A stretch of 64,000 nucleotides of DNA from Acidobacteriota bacterium (lineage in GTDB: Bacteria > Acidobacteriota > UBA890 > WLXD01), in assembly GCA_963666055.2 (NCBI GenBank), contig CAXWPH010000015.1, positions 1,056,001 through 1,120,000 of the forward strand, written 5' to 3'. This document shows positions 39,135-51,600 of the stretch, piece by piece. The notes below the pieces were generated by a model, which saw only the letters and a program-made list of their open reading frames with translations, searched no databases and was not told the origin of the DNA. Every line of letters starts with the position of its first letter. The stretch's first letter is position 1. Made by a program: the position numbers and the translations under genes.

Positions 39135-39242
39135 GGCGGAAAAGCGAGGTCGGTCGGTACAGCCGTGGCGCCAGGCGTCGTTGTGCGCCTGCCGTTTCGA
39201 TTCCCCCCGCCCGGAGCAGCACGGCGGGCTAGAGTAGATTCT

Positions 39243-39833
39243 GTGGCCGACGAGCAGATTTTTCGCTTCATCCTGATCGCCGGGCTCACCATCATCATGC
39301 CCGCAGGCATCTACTACCGGGTGAAATCCCAGGCCAGCGGCGAGAGTCTCGACCGGCGACAGGAGGGGCTGTTCGTGCTGGCCACCCTACGGCCCCTGGG
39401 ACTCGCGTCGATGCTCGGATTGATCACATACACGATCAACCCTGCCTGGATGGCGTGGTCGGCGTCGTCGTTACCCGCGTCGTTGCGGTGGCTGGGTGTG
39501 GGCGTGGGCGCCGCGGCAGGCTCGTTGTTGATCTGGACGATGCACACCCTCGGAAAGAACCTGACGGACACCGTGGTGACGCGAAAGGACCACGAGCTAG
39601 TAACGGGCGGACCGTATCGGTTTGTTCGGCATCCGTTCTACTGCGCCTTCGCACTCGCCGTCCTCGCCAACTCGACCGTTGCCGCCAACTGGTTCATTTT
39701 GTTGACTGGAGGCTCGGCGTGGCTGGTGATCGTCTTCCGCACCGACAAGGAAGAAGAGAACCTGATGGCGAGATTCGGCGACAGGTACCGCCGCTACATA
39801 GAACGCACCGGTCGCTTCTTTCCGCGGCTGTGA
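39243..39833 (+). CDS. Isoprenylcysteine carboxylmethyltransferase family membrane protein
   Basis: LVTGGPYRFVRHPFY and EEENL..RFG..Y..Y motifs. Confidence 0.9.
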   Translation: MADEQIFRFILIAGLTIIMPAGIYYRVKSQASGESLDRRQEGLFVLATLRPLGLASMLGLITYTINPAWMAWSASSLPASLRWLGVGVGAAAGSLLIWTMHTLGKNLTDTVVTRKDHELVTGGPYRFVRHPFYCAFALAVLANSTVAANWFILLTGGSAWLVIVFRTDKEEENLMARFGDRYRRYIERTGRFFPRL

Positions 39834-40077
39834 CGATCAGATCTAACCCGTTGGACGAAGCCGGCGAAGCCGACCATCGAAGAAGGCGCGCCGCTAGAAT
39901 CGCGTCACCGGTACGCTGACCCGACGGCGCACAGAGGCGCCGGGAGGATGGTTGCTACTATGATGACGAGGCCTCGTTGTTGAACGCTTTCAGGGATCCG
40001 GTCGTTTCTGCCCTTTGCGGCGGGCCGAGGGAGCCTCGCAAGCAACCGGAAATCATTGCCAACCTTGGAGGGGAGTC

Positions 40078-41331
40078 ATGTCGCGGCATGATCGGCGCAC
40101 GTTCCTCAAGCTGACCGGGGCTGGTGCGCTGGCGTTGGGCACCACCAAGGGATTGCAGGCAACGGCCACCCCGGTGCACACGTCCGGACAGGCGACCGCA
40201 TCGACGGCGGATGTGGCGGTCATCGGGGCGGGAGCGTTCGGCGGCTGGACGGCGCTTTATCTGCGAGAGATGGGGCACCGGGTCACCCTCATCGACGCCT
40301 ACGGCGCCGGCAACGCACGGGCCGCTTCCGGCGGGGAGAGTCGGCAGATCCGGACCCAATATGGCGAACGCGAGATCTACACCCGTTGGGTCGTGCAGGC
40401 GTTCGACCGTTGGGAAGCGCGCCAAAGGGAGTGGGGTGGACGGCCATTGTTCTACCGTACTGGTCAGCTGACGCTCGCGCGCCAATGGTCCGAGTACCTG
40501 CGGGCCTCCAAGCAAGTGCTCGATCGACACGGGATCGACAACGAAGTCGTGCCTCACGACGAGCTGTCGCGGCGCTATCCTCAGTTCAACCACCAGGACA
40601 TCGAATTCGGGTTCTATGTGCCCAGCACCGGTGTCCTCATGGCACGGCGTGCCTGTTTCGCCGTCGCGGGTGCCTTCGAGAGCGCGGGCGGTACTCTGGT
40701 CACCGCCAGGGCCAAGCCCGGTCGGCACGCCGGAGGCAAGCTACTGGAGCTCGAGCTCTCGACCGGCCAGTCGGTGTCGGCAGACACGTTCGTCTTCGCT
40801 TGCGGGCCATGGCTGCCGAAGGTGTTTCCCACCGTGATGAAGAACAAGCTCCAGACTCCGCGCCGGATCACCTTCTGGTACGGCGTGCCGACCGACGACA
40901 ACCGGTTCATCTACCCCAACTGTCCGACGTGGGGGATGCAGGGCGCCTACGGCTTCCCGAGCATCGAGGGCCGCGGCTGGAAGCTGGCACCCTATTTCGA
41001 CAGTATCCCGTTCGATCCGGACACCGGCGAGCGGGTCGTGACCGCCGAGGAGATCGAGAAGGCGCGCCAGTTCGTGGCGCACGCCTTCCCTGCTCTCGCT
41101 GACCAGCCGGTGCTCGAGTCGCGTGTATGCCAATACGAGAACAGTGTCGATGAGCATTTCATCGTCGACCGCCACCCGGAGATGGACAACGTCTGGATTG
41201 TCGGCGGCGGCTCCGGCCACGGCTACAAACACGGCATCATGCTGGGCGACTACGTGGCCCATCGTGTCGTGGGTGACGATCGCAACCCGGAGTTGGCCGA
41301 CACGTTCAAGCTCAAGAACGACACTTTCTGA
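40078..41331 (+). CDS. FAD-dependent oxidoreductase (sarcosine oxidase/DAO family), Tat
   Basis: DRRTFLK signal. VIGAGAFG, SGGESR, ACGPW, CQY and SGHGYK motifs. Confidence 0.88.
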   Translation: MSRHDRRTFLKLTGAGALALGTTKGLQATATPVHTSGQATASTADVAVIGAGAFGGWTALYLREMGHRVTLIDAYGAGNARAASGGESRQIRTQYGEREIYTRWVVQAFDRWEARQREWGGRPLFYRTGQLTLARQWSEYLRASKQVLDRHGIDNEVVPHDELSRRYPQFNHQDIEFGFYVPSTGVLMARRACFAVAGAFESAGGTLVTARAKPGRHAGGKLLELELSTGQSVSADTFVFACGPWLPKVFPTVMKNKLQTPRRITFWYGVPTDDNRFIYPNCPTWGMQGAYGFPSIEGRGWKLAPYFDSIPFDPDTGERVVTAEEIEKARQFVAHAFPALADQPVLESRVCQYENSVDEHFIVDRHPEMDNVWIVGGGSGHGYKHGIMLGDYVAHRVVGDDRNPELADTFKLKNDTF

Positions 41332-41451
41332 GCCACACGGCCGCAGACTGGTCGCGGGATCATGCCCGCGGCTTCCCAGCATGGACTGCGCTGACCGAGT
41401 TGAAGACTGCGTCGGATCTCGCACGCTCCGGCGACCGGTTTCAGGCGCAGC

Positions 41452-43140
41452 TTACTCCAGTTCGAGATCGGTAACAGCGCCGCGATCGGCGCTGGAAACC
41501 AGCCGCGCGTACTTGGCGAGAACGCCGCGCGAATAGCGGGGAGCCGGCGGCTTCCATGCGGCGCGGCGGCGGCGGAGCTCCTCCTCGTCGACCTCCAGTT
41601 GAAGCGTCCGCGCCGGCGCATCGATGGTGACCTTGTCGCCCTCGTGCACCAGCGCGATCGGTCCACCGACGGCTGCCTCCGGCACGACGTGGCCCACCAC
41701 CATGCCGTAGGTGCCACCGCTGAAGCGTCCGTCCGTGATAAGCCCGACCAAATCTCCGAGCCCGGCACCGATGAGGGCGCTCGTCGGTGCCAGCATCTCG
41801 CGCATGCCGGGTCCACCGCGGGGGCCTTCGTAGCGAATTACGACGACGTCGCCGGCGCGGATCTCACCGGCGAGGATCGCGCTCAGGCTGTCCTCCTCGC
41901 AATCGAACACCCGGGCCGGGCCCGATATGCGCGGGTTCTTGACGCCCGTGAGCTTCGCCACGCCTCCGCCTGGCGCCAGGTTGCCACGAAGGATCGCCAG
42001 GTGGCCGGTCGGGTAAAGGGGCTGGCCCCACGGTCGGATCACGTCCTGGTCGGAGGGTGGAACCGGGGGGACCTCGGCCAGGCTCTCGGCGATGGTCGCA
42101 CCCGTCACCGTGCGGCAGTCTCCATCGAGGACACCGTGCTCGAGCAGCACCTTCATGACCTGAGGCACGCCGCCGGCGCGATGGAAGTCGACCGTCACGT
42201 ATCGACCACTGGGCTTCAGGTCGCACAGGACGGGCACCCGAGCACCGACCCGCTCGAAGTCGTCGAGGCCGAGCTCCACGCCCGCCGCATGCGCGATGGC
42301 GGGCAGGTGCAGCACCGCGTTCGTCGAACCCCCGACCGCCATGGTGACGGCCACGGCGTTCAGCAGCGCCTGGCGCGTCACGATGTCTCGTGGCAGCCGA
42401 TCGGCTGCGATGCAGTCGGCGAGGACGCGCGCCGACTCGGCCGCGCTCTCGGCCTTCTCCGCGTCCTCCGCAGCCATGGTGGACGAGTACGGAAGGCTCA
42501 TCCCCATCGCCTCGATCGCGCTCGACATGGTGTTGGCTGTGAACATCCCACCACACGAGCCTGCGCCCGGGCAGGCGTTGCGCTCGATCGCCGCGAGCTC
42601 CTCGTCCGTGATTTTGCCAGCGGCGTGCTCTCCGACCGCCTCGAACGCGCTCACCACCGTCAGGTCGCGGCCGGCGTGGTGACCTGGCTTGATGGTGCCT
42701 CCGTAGACGAACACCGCGGGAATGTTCAGGCGCCCGATGGCCATCATGGCGCCGGGCATGTTCTTGTCACATCCGCCCAGGGCGAGCACGCCGTCGAAGC
42801 TCTGGCCGTTGCATACGGTCTCGATGGAATCGGCGATGACCTCGCGCGAGACCAGCGAGTACTTCATCCCCTCGGTGCCCATCGAGATGCCGTCGGCCAC
42901 GGTGATCGTCCCGAACTCGAGAGCGCGAGCACCCGCCTCGTGCAGCGCGCTCCGAGCGCGCTCCGCGAGCGCGCCGAGACCTATGTTGCACGGCGTCAGG
43001 TTCGAGTGGGCGTTGGCGATACCGACGATCGGCTTGTCGAAGTCCTCGTCCTCGAATCCGACCGCGCGAAGCATCGCCCGGTTGGGAGCGCGCTGCACCC
43101 CTTCCGTCACGGCACTGCTACGTCGCTTCTTCAATGTCAC
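41452..43140 (-). CDS. ilvD: Dihydroxy-acid dehydratase
   Basis: [36 protein letters not shown] and TDGRFSG motifs. Confidence 0.97.
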   Translation of the reverse strand: MTLKKRRSSAVTEGVQRAPNRAMLRAVGFEDEDFDKPIVGIANAHSNLTPCNIGLGALAERARSALHEAGARALEFGTITVADGISMGTEGMKYSLVSREVIADSIETVCNGQSFDGVLALGGCDKNMPGAMMAIGRLNIPAVFVYGGTIKPGHHAGRDLTVVSAFEAVGEHAAGKITDEELAAIERNACPGAGSCGGMFTANTMSSAIEAMGMSLPYSSTMAAEDAEKAESAAESARVLADCIAADRLPRDIVTRQALLNAVAVTMAVGGSTNAVLHLPAIAHAAGVELGLDDFERVGARVPVLCDLKPSGRYVTVDFHRAGGVPQVMKVLLEHGVLDGDCRTVTGATIAESLAEVPPVPPSDQDVIRPWGQPLYPTGHLAILRGNLAPGGGVAKLTGVKNPRISGPARVFDCEEDSLSAILAGEIRAGDVVVIRYEGPRGGPGMREMLAPTSALIGAGLGDLVGLITDGRFSGGTYGMVVGHVVPEAAVGGPIALVHEGDKVTIDAPARTLQLEVDEEELRRRRAAWKPPAPRYSRGVLAKYARLVSSADRGAVTDLELE

Positions 43141-43198
43141 CTCAGCTCAAGCTCAAAAAGTCGTTTGTGTGCTGGCACGGGCTACACACGCCCCGGTC

Positions 43199-45220
43199 CT
43201 AGCCGCGCAGCAACTCGTCTGTAATGGAGGTTCTTCGCCGGGCGCGGCTTCGAACGACGAGCTGCTCGCGGGCGGCTCGATGCGCCTCGTCGATGGCTGA
43301 GTCGGTGTGGGTGGAGGCAGCGGCATCGGAGTTGGCGATCGAAATCCGACCGAATCGCCGCCTCCCGACGACGCACGGCCGATCGTCGGGGGCGAACAGC
43401 GCCCACTCGATCGGATCGTTCAAGGTGTCGTAGCTATAGGCATAGCCGTGCGGCCAGCGATTCACGGTGATCGCTTCGATGTCCCGGGCTGGGTCGAATC
43501 CCCCACTCTCTAGGGTTCGACTGAGTTGGTCCCGGATGTTGCGCTCGAAGGTCTCGAAGGTGGTGGTCAATAGCTCCTCTCGCCCGATGCGATGCTGCTC
43601 CTTCTTCGGGTGTCCAGGAGCGCAAGGCACCCTGGTCATCTGCAGAATCATCGGGTCGTCAGGCGATGTGGAGGGTTGGTAGTCACCGAACTGCACGGAG
43701 CGGCCGAGGCTGACCCCGCTGTGGTACATCCCCGGAGCAGTCACCCTCGAGATGCCGAGGTTCGTGAAGGCCGTCCACTGACGGATGAGAACCCTGGTGG
43801 AGACCATGGGCATCTTGACGCCATACATGAGCGCCACCTTCTGCTCGTCGGACATCTCGGGGCACAGGTGCGGGATGACGCCGTTGTAGCACGCCATCAC
43901 GCAGTGATCCGCCCGTACCTTCTCGGCCTTGCCGCCGCGCACATAGGTGATCTCGACCCCGCGGGCCGCGTCGGGATCGCCCAGGTGCTGGACAGATATG
44001 ACTGTGCTGTTGAGACGGATCCGGGCATCGGAGCCGGCGCGGTCGATCCGGTCGTACGCCAGGCGCGACATGATCGAGTCCTCCAGCGAGGTGCCCGGAA
44101 GCGCATCGGGAATCATCCCCCGAACCAGCAGCCGGGCCACCGTTGCGTTGCCGTCCGGAAGGTAGATGTTCGGTCCTTTGTTCCACTCGCTCTCGCGACC
44201 GTGTTGTCCGCCCCCGATGTGGCTGAGGGGGCTCACGCGAGGGGAGGGCTCGAGGTTCATTCCCTGGAAGCCGGGATAGCCCTGGGCCCATCCATAGAGC
44301 GCCGGATAGCCGTCGATGCCGACGCAGAAGCTGCCCTTCGGGCGGTCATCGAAGAACGGGATCACATCGGGGTGGACCTTGGCGAGATCGAGGAGGAAGT
44401 CCCGATAACTGATCCGCGCCAGGCGCTCCTTCTTGTCTGCATCCGACAGTCCGGGCATATAGTCCGAGTTTGCGCCGTCATCGTAGAGCCGCGCGATGTC
44501 GCGCCGCGCTTCCGGAGACAGCGGGGTCTGGGCGAGCCAATCGACCCATCCGCTGCTTCCGGATCCCTCTCGCGCTCCTCGTCCCTTAACGAGCCGATCC
44601 TCGCCGCCGAACACCTCTTTGGCGAAGAACGTGGCGCCGCCAAGGCCCAGCGATCCGTAGAACGCCATACCCGCGGCGCTGGTGGCATTCGCACTTTCCA
44701 CGTCGATGCCGATCGCGGCGAGGAGCGTCTTGGAGACGGTGCTGTATTGACCCACGGACTCCAGGTACGACGTGCCGCCGTTGAGCATCAGCGTACGGCC
44801 TCGGTAGGTCATCTCGTTGCGCTTGGCGTGGCCGCCGAAGTCATCGTGGTTGTCGAGCACCAGCACCCGTGCGCCGCGGCCCGCCGAGGTCAGGAAGAAG
44901 TAGGCTGCGGAGAGCCCGCTCAGCCCCCCTCCGACCACCACCATGTCGTAGCTTTCGCCCGTGTCGGCGACATCGGTCCAGGTTTTTCCGTCGCGCAACG
45001 CATGGGCGACCTCGAACGAACCGGGGTGGCTGCCGCGCATTCCAGTCAGGGCCGGTGGGTAGTACTCCTGGGCCCGGGACGGATGGGACGTGCGCTCTCG
45101 CGCCGACAGCCAGCCAGGTGCGATCAGCGACCCCCCGATGGCAACCCCCACACCATTGACGAAGTCGCGTCGGCTGATATCCCGGTGCATCCCGAGATCA
45201 CGATCCGCATTCTTGGACAT
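43199..45220 (-). CDS. SpdH-like FAD oxidoreductase, Tat, paralog C (recent duplicate of A)
   Basis: Near-collinear with 28652-30658, with long identical stretches. Confidence 0.88.
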   Translation of the reverse strand: MSKNADRDLGMHRDISRRDFVNGVGVAIGGSLIAPGWLSARERTSHPSRAQEYYPPALTGMRGSHPGSFEVAHALRDGKTWTDVADTGESYDMVVVGGGLSGLSAAYFFLTSAGRGARVLVLDNHDDFGGHAKRNEMTYRGRTLMLNGGTSYLESVGQYSTVSKTLLAAIGIDVESANATSAAGMAFYGSLGLGGATFFAKEVFGGEDRLVKGRGAREGSGSSGWVDWLAQTPLSPEARRDIARLYDDGANSDYMPGLSDADKKERLARISYRDFLLDLAKVHPDVIPFFDDRPKGSFCVGIDGYPALYGWAQGYPGFQGMNLEPSPRVSPLSHIGGGQHGRESEWNKGPNIYLPDGNATVARLLVRGMIPDALPGTSLEDSIMSRLAYDRIDRAGSDARIRLNSTVISVQHLGDPDAARGVEITYVRGGKAEKVRADHCVMACYNGVIPHLCPEMSDEQKVALMYGVKMPMVSTRVLIRQWTAFTNLGISRVTAPGMYHSGVSLGRSVQFGDYQPSTSPDDPMILQMTRVPCAPGHPKKEQHRIGREELLTTTFETFERNIRDQLSRTLESGGFDPARDIEAITVNRWPHGYAYSYDTLNDPIEWALFAPDDRPCVVGRRRFGRISIANSDAAASTHTDSAIDEAHRAAREQLVVRSRARRRTSITDELLRG

Positions 45221-45301
45221 AGCCTCTCCGATTCTCTGACGCGCGAAACTTCGCGGAACGCCGGCTTTTCTGAAGTCCGACCCATATGTAGATGGCGCGC
45301 A

Positions 45302-45338
45302 AGTTCTGCCGGTCCAGAGCCAATGTCAAGCTAGCCTG
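45302..45338 (-). promoter_or_regulatory. Promoter TTGACA-N17-GAACTT of paralog C
   Basis: Same block as 30742-30777. Confidence 0.55.
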
Positions 45339-45458
45339 CGCACCATCCCAAATCGTGACTGTTGGAGCCGGGCTGGCCTCTATGTTCGGCAGATACCTCC
45401 GCACGGGTCGAGAATATCGCGGTACACACTTTCCGACGAAACCTACGGAGAAAGCTAC

Positions 45459-45488
45459 CGTCTATATAGCGTGACCTTATATAGGGTC
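45459..45488. promoter_or_regulatory. Putative PadR operator (two TATATAG palindromic boxes)
   Basis: CTATATAG (45462-45469) and GACCTTATATAGGGTC (45473-45488), about 50 bp before padR. Confidence 0.45.
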
Positions 45489-45537
45489 GTGCGATAAGGT
45501 AGGCGGCCCCAGAAGCTAAACCGATGCAAGGATTCTC

Positions 45538-45852
45538 GTGAGCGCTCTGCCACCCGTGACCCATCTGCAGTTCCTGATCCTCGAGTCGCTCGCCGGCAAC
45601 GAGCATGCCGGCCGTGAGGTTCGGTCGACGCTGGCCGACCACGGCGCCAGGCGCACCCTTCCCGCCTTCTACGAGCTCATGGCGCGGCTCGAGAAGGCTG
45701 GCTTGGTGCGTGGTTCGTACTCGCCCAAGACGGTGAATGGCCAAATCGTGCGCGAGCGGCGCTATGCGATAACCGAGGCGGGGCGCGAGGCCCACGCCGC
45801 CACCTGCCGGTTTTACCGCGACAAGCTCGCCATTCGAGCCCAGGAAGCATGA
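45538..45852 (+). CDS. PadR family transcriptional regulator
   Basis: wHTH pattern FYELMARLEKAGLV and RRYAITEAG. ATGA overlap with the ADOP gene. Confidence 0.85.
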   Translation: MSALPPVTHLQFLILESLAGNEHAGREVRSTLADHGARRTLPAFYELMARLEKAGLVRGSYSPKTVNGQIVRERRYAITEAGREAHAATCRFYRDKLAIRAQEA

Positions 45853-48594
45853 CGATGGAGAGTGGCTGGGTTCGACTCCTGCGCCGCGCGCTGCCGCGGC
45901 CGTTGCGCCGATGGCTTTTCGACCCGAGCTTTGCCGAGCTGGTCGAGTTGGCGCACGTCGCCGGCGCTGCCGGGTCGGCGGCCTTGAGCCTGCGGGCGCT
46001 GCGCCTGTGGCTGCAGTGCTGGCTCGTCGGCGCCACCAGCCTGCTGCGGCGCCTCTTCGAGCGGGCTCGTGCCCGGCCGTTCGACTCGCCCCTGACGCTT
46101 CCTTCATCCCCGGATCCGGAGACCTCCATGCAATCGCTGCTCCAGGACCTGCGCTACGCCTTTCGCTCCCTGTGCTCCGTCCCCGGCTTCACCACGGTGG
46201 CGATCCTCACGCTGGCGCTGGGGACCGGGGTCAACACCGCTATCTTCGGCATCGTGGACCTGCTCATGCTGCGCCCGCTGGCGGGCGTCGAGGACGGCCA
46301 CGAGCTGGTCTTCGTGATGGGCTCCCAGAGCGGACATGCCGTTCCTGATGAACCTGTCGTATCCGAATTACGAGGATCTCCGCGACGACCTCGAGGGCTT
46401 CGACGATTTGCTGGCGTACTCCTTGAGGCCCATCAGCCTGACAACGGCCGACGGCCTGGCGGAACGTCTCTACGCCTATACCGTGAGCGCCAACTACTTC
46501 GACGTGCTCGGCGTGCGGATGCGTCACGGCCGCGGCTTCGACGTCGACGAGGGACTGGTCGACACCCCGGCAACCGTCGTGGTGCTCGATCACGGCTACT
46601 GGCAGTCGCGGCTCGGGGGCAGCCCGGACGTGGTGGGCTCGAACGTCGAGATCAACGGCGTGCGGTTCACCGTGGTCGGAGTTGCGCCCGAGGAGTTCCT
46701 CGGGGTGGAGTCGATGCTGGGCCCCCAACTCTACCTGCCGCTGGGGGCGCTGGTGGCGATCGAAGATGACGTGGCCTGGCTGCAGTCGCGACGCGCCGGA
46801 GCCTTCCGGGTGATGGGCCGGCTGGCCGACGACTTCGAACCGGCGCAGGCGGCCGCCAGCGCCGCGGCCGCCTGGGAGCGATTACGCCAGGCTCACCCGG
46901 AGGACAACGGCGAGCGAGGGGTGGTGGTGCTTCCCGAGCGGGCTGGGCGCCCGGATCCTTCCGCCGCCGGCCAGTTCGCCGGCATCGCCGTGATCTTCCT
47001 GGTGCTGGTGGCTCTGGTGCTGACGATTGCCTGCACCAACGTCGCCAACCTGATGCTCGCTCGTGCCACCGGCCGGGTGCGCGAGATAGCCATTCGCTCG
47101 GCGCTCGGCGCCGGCCGCGCCCGCCTGGTGCGGCAGCTGGCCACCGAAAGCGCGCTGCTGGGCCTCGCCGGCGGGGTGGCCGGGGTAATCATCGCCATCT
47201 GGTCGGCGGCCACCTTGCGGTCGGTGGTTTCCAGCTGGCAGCTCGAGTTGCCCGTGCGTCTGCCACTGCACATCGACCTTCGGGTCATCGCGTTCGGGCT
47301 GGTCATTGCCGTCGGCGCCGGCCTGCTCGCCGGCTTGCTGCCGGCCCTGCGGGCATCGAGCGGAGACCTCGGGCTCGGCCTCAACGAGGGAGCGCGCGGG
47401 GCCTCCGGGGGCCGCCAACGTCAGCGCGCGCGCAGCGTGCTGGTGGTGGCACAGGTGATGGTTTCGGTGGTGCTACTGGTAGCTGCCGGCTTGTTCGTCC
47501 GCAGTTTGCAGAACGCGCGCGGAGCGCAGCTGGGCTTCGAGACCGAGGACCGACTGCTGGTGTCGTTCGACCCATCGGTGGTCGGCGTGGATCCGACCGA
47601 GGGTCAAGAGCTGCACCGCCAGCTGCTGGCGCGCACCCGCGCCCTTCCCGGCGTGATTGCGGCCGGCATCACGAACGCCCCGGTGTTCAGCCCGCGAAGC
47701 TTGATGGCCGAGGTTCTCGACGAGGAGCAGGCAGCGCTGGGTGACGAGCGAGGCACGCTCACGCCCTACTTCAGCGTCTCCGCCGGGTACCTGGAGGCCG
47801 CGGGTACGCGGCTGCTTCGGGGCCGCGACCTACGCGACAGCGATACTCTCGACAGCAGTCGCGTGGCGCTGGTGAACGAGTTCATGGCCGAACAGTTGTG
47901 GCCCGGAGAGGATCCGATCGGCGAGCGCTTCTTCGCTGCCCCGGATGAGGATTGGGAGGTCGTGGGCGTGGTGGAACAGGGCAAGTACACGCTCGTCTGG
48001 GAGGATCCCACGCCCGCCTTCTTCATCCCCGTGGCGCAGGAGTACCCCGACGCCGCTACCCTTGTCGTTCATGTCGCCGGCAACCCGCTCGACCTGGCGG
48101 ATCCGCTCCGTCGGGCGCTGTCGGAGCTGGCGCCCACGGTGCCAGTGTTCGGCGTCATGACGATGGACACTCATCTGCGCGACGGCCGCGCGCTGATGCT
48201 GGTGCGTCTGGCCAGTGGCCTGGTGACGGCGTTTGGGCTCCTCGGCATCGCCCTGGCCACGGTGGGGCTGTATGGCGTGATCGCCTACTCGGTGACCCAG
48301 CGGGTGCGGGAGTTCGGGGTGCGCATTGCGCTCGGTGCAGCGCCCGGGAGCGTGCTGTGGATGGTGCTGCGTCAGGGGTTCGTGCTGGCTGCCATCGGTT
48401 CCGCGCTGGGTGTGCTGCTTTCCATCGCTGCGGGCCGGCTGGTCGCGCCGCTGCTGATCGAGGTAAGCGCCACCGACCCGCGGATCTTCGGCGCCGGGGT
48501 GGCGTTTACGTTGGCGACCGCCGCGGTCGCGAGCTTCGTGCCGGCCTGGCGGGCGACGCGGGTAGACCCGAGCGTGGCGCTCCGCAACGAATAG
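45849..48594 (+). pseudogene. ADOP/MacB-type duplicated ABC permease, frameshifted near 46330
   Basis: One frame has QDLRYAFRSL..PGFT..TLALG.G.NTAIF. Another frame continues SYPNY..NVANL..REIAIR.ALGA..VDP..ALR. Confidence 0.85.
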
Positions 48595-48632
48595 GTGTTG
48601 GAGCTGGGCGATGCTTTCTGGAGAAAGACAGC

Positions 48633-51600
48633 CTACTGGCGTCGATCCCAGTAGTCGATCGGGCGGTCGTCGGCACGGAGTGCGTCCTGCTCCATCCACG
48701 GACGGGCACCGTAGGGTCGCTGTTCTGGCCAGACCTCGTCGAGCGTCTCGGCCTCGAACAGGATGCCTCCCTGCATGACGTAGCGGATGTCGGCGGTGTT
48801 GCGGATGTCGTCCAGGGGGTTGGATCTCAGGACGAGCAGATCCGCCAGCTTGCCGACCTCGATCGAGCCGAGATCCTCCTGCACACCGAGAAAGTAGGCA
48901 CCTTGCTGGCTGGCCAGCTTCAACGCGCCGAGTGGCCCCATGGCGGAGGCGGCCATCCACACTTCCCAGTGGGGCGCGATCCCGTGGCCCTGTCCGTGCG
49001 CGCCGATGGCGCCGTGGCCGCCGGCCTCGATGATGTCCGCCACTGCCTGCGCCAGGTACGGAAAGCTGTAGTCGGTGGCGGGACGCAGCGGTCGCCGGCG
49101 GGCGTGCGGCAGGATCGTCCGCCACGGCATCCAGCTCATCAGCTTCTCGTCCTCCCAGACGTTGCTCTCCGCATACCAGTAGTTCTCGTTCCAGGGCGCA
49201 AAGCCGACCCCGAAGGTGACCGAATAGGTGGCCTCGGCTCGCCCGAAGAACGTGGTGACGTCGCTGTACAGGGGCAGGTAGCCGAGCGGGTGCTCCCAGC
49301 CGGTCTGGCCGTCCATGATCATGCCCAGGTTGTAGTTCAGGTCGCCCCCCTCGGAGGTGACCATGAGCCCCACCTTCCGGGCCACGTCCGAGATCCACTG
49401 GCGCTGGTCGCGGCGCGGCTGCATGTACTGCTTCAGCGACACCGCGCCCCACGACTGCAGGCGGCGGATGTTCTGCTCCGCCACCTCGTAGCTGGAGATC
49501 TCGTTCTGCCGAAAGGCATCGCCCCGATACAGCGGCGGGCCGGTGCTGAAGGTGCGGGGCCCCAGGATGGCGCCCGAGCGCACCAGCTCGGCGGTGGTGA
49601 AGATGTTCTGGCTCCACATCGAGTTGTCGAGGTCGGTGGTGACCCCGTAGGCCAGGTAGACGGCAGCCTCGAAGCTCTTCTTGCCGATCACTCCGCGGGT
49701 CTCGCGATGGTGGTGGGCGTGCATGTCGATGAAGCCGGGGATGATCGTCGTTCCCGTCACGTCCACTACCCGGTCGACGTCGAGCACGCACTCTCCGACG
49801 CACACGATGCGGCTCCCGCGCACCACGACCGTGCCGCTGTCGATCACCACATCCCCGTCGAGCGTGACGATCCGCGCCCCGGTGAGCGCGATCGCGATCG
49901 CCTCGTCGGGGATTCGCCGCGACAACTTCAGCCGTGCCTCGGTGCTCTGCACTTCTCGCGTGTCCACCCGATAGAGGTGGTGCCGGTTGCCGCTGCCGAA
50001 CTCGAGCTCGTTGGCGCTGCGCCAGCGCAGGAACATGCCGCCTTCGAAGCTCACCTGACGCACTGGGAGGTTGCCGTGGCGCTTCTCAATCTGTGGCGGC
50101 TTACCGCCGGTGCCGAAGGCGGGGAACGCCGTGATGTAGGCGTTGTCGCCCTCCTGAAAGGCGACCCAGCGGCCGTCGGGCGACGGGGCGATCTCGTCGG
50201 CGTAGGGGAAGGTCATGTGCACCCGTTCGTCGCCGCCGTCGCGCCGCACGGAAACGAGCGCGACAACCGCGTCGCCGTCGGCGTTCTCCTGGTCCTCGGC
50301 AAAGTAGACTCGCCCCGCGGGACCGAAGGAGGGCTGCGTGATCGAGCGCCGCGAGACCCCGTAGACACCCACCTCGGAGGGCGGGTTGATCATCGTGATC
50401 ACCTCGCTGGGAGCGGACCCTCCCGAGGCGCTGACGTTCACGAGCTGGTAATACGGGTTGAACATCCAGCCGCGACCGTGGCTGGTGACGCCCGATCCCT
50501 GCACCGCGACGATGTCGCGCCCGCTCGGACTCCAGACCGGATTCAGATACTCCCCCTCGGTCTCGGTGAGCTGCTCGGGGGCGCCGCCCTCGACCGACGC
50601 CTTCCAGACGTGGCCGCGCGCCGCCTCGTCGGCGCTGGTGAAGGCGATGAACCGACCATCGGGTGACCAGGCCGGGGAGAGCTCGAAGGGCTCGAACGAC
50701 TCGGGGGTCAGGCGTCGTGGCTCGCCGCGCTGAAGGCTACTCTCGGGATCTCGATCCATCACCCAGATGCGGCCGGCGGCCTCGAACGCCAGCCGGCTGC
50801 CGTCCGGAGATAGCGTGTGCCAGCGCAAGAACTTGGCGTCGAAGGGCTCGTCGTCGATGCGGAACGGCGCGTAGGCGCGCTCGGATATGACGCGATGCAC
50901 GCTGGCGGTGAAGGGAACCGTGCTCACCTCGCCGCTGGCGACGTCGACGCGACGGATCTTGCCGCCCTGCGAGATGACGATCGATCGGCCCTCGAGGTCC
51001 CAGCTGTAGCCCGGTAGAACGTCCCAGCCCCGCGACTCGACCCGATCGTTTTCGATCGGGTCCATGAGCAGACGCTCGACCCCGCTCTGCAGATCCCGCA
51101 ACCAGAGAGCGGTGCGCGGCCCATAGCGGTGCCCTTTGAAGCTCACGGTGCCGTTCGGAATGCGCCGGGCAAACGCCAGCCAGCGACCGTTGGGCGAGAT
51201 CTCCGCCGCGTAGCCGCCACCGCTGGAGAGGCGGATCTGGGTGTTGGGGATCCCCGCGGTGATCTTGATTACTTCGCCGCTGGAGAGCTCCGCACGCCGG
51301 ATCTGCCGGGCGCCCCCCACCGCTCCGACGAGGCCGACGTCCTTGGCGAGATCGAAGTACAGGTACCTGGAGTCCAAGGAGACCGACGGCCAGCCGGCCG
51401 AGTCGAACTCGTCGCCCAATATCGAGATCCCGTCGCCGCCCTCTCGGTGGTACATCCAGATCCCGCCGGGCCGCCGCTGCACCAGGATGTACTGGCCGTC
51501 CGGTGTCCAGGCGGGCTTCGCCACGCGCACAGCGTCGTCGCGGAATACCGCTCGCGGGTTCGAGCCGTCGCTGTCCATCAGCCAGAGGTTGGGCTGGTTG

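Noticed and set aside
41599-50666. Long antisense ORFs (41599-43224, 43592-45334, 47952-50666; also 33067-34818 and 58035-59381)
   Set aside because: Shadow frames opposite well-supported genes in GC-rich DNA, with no recognisable motifs
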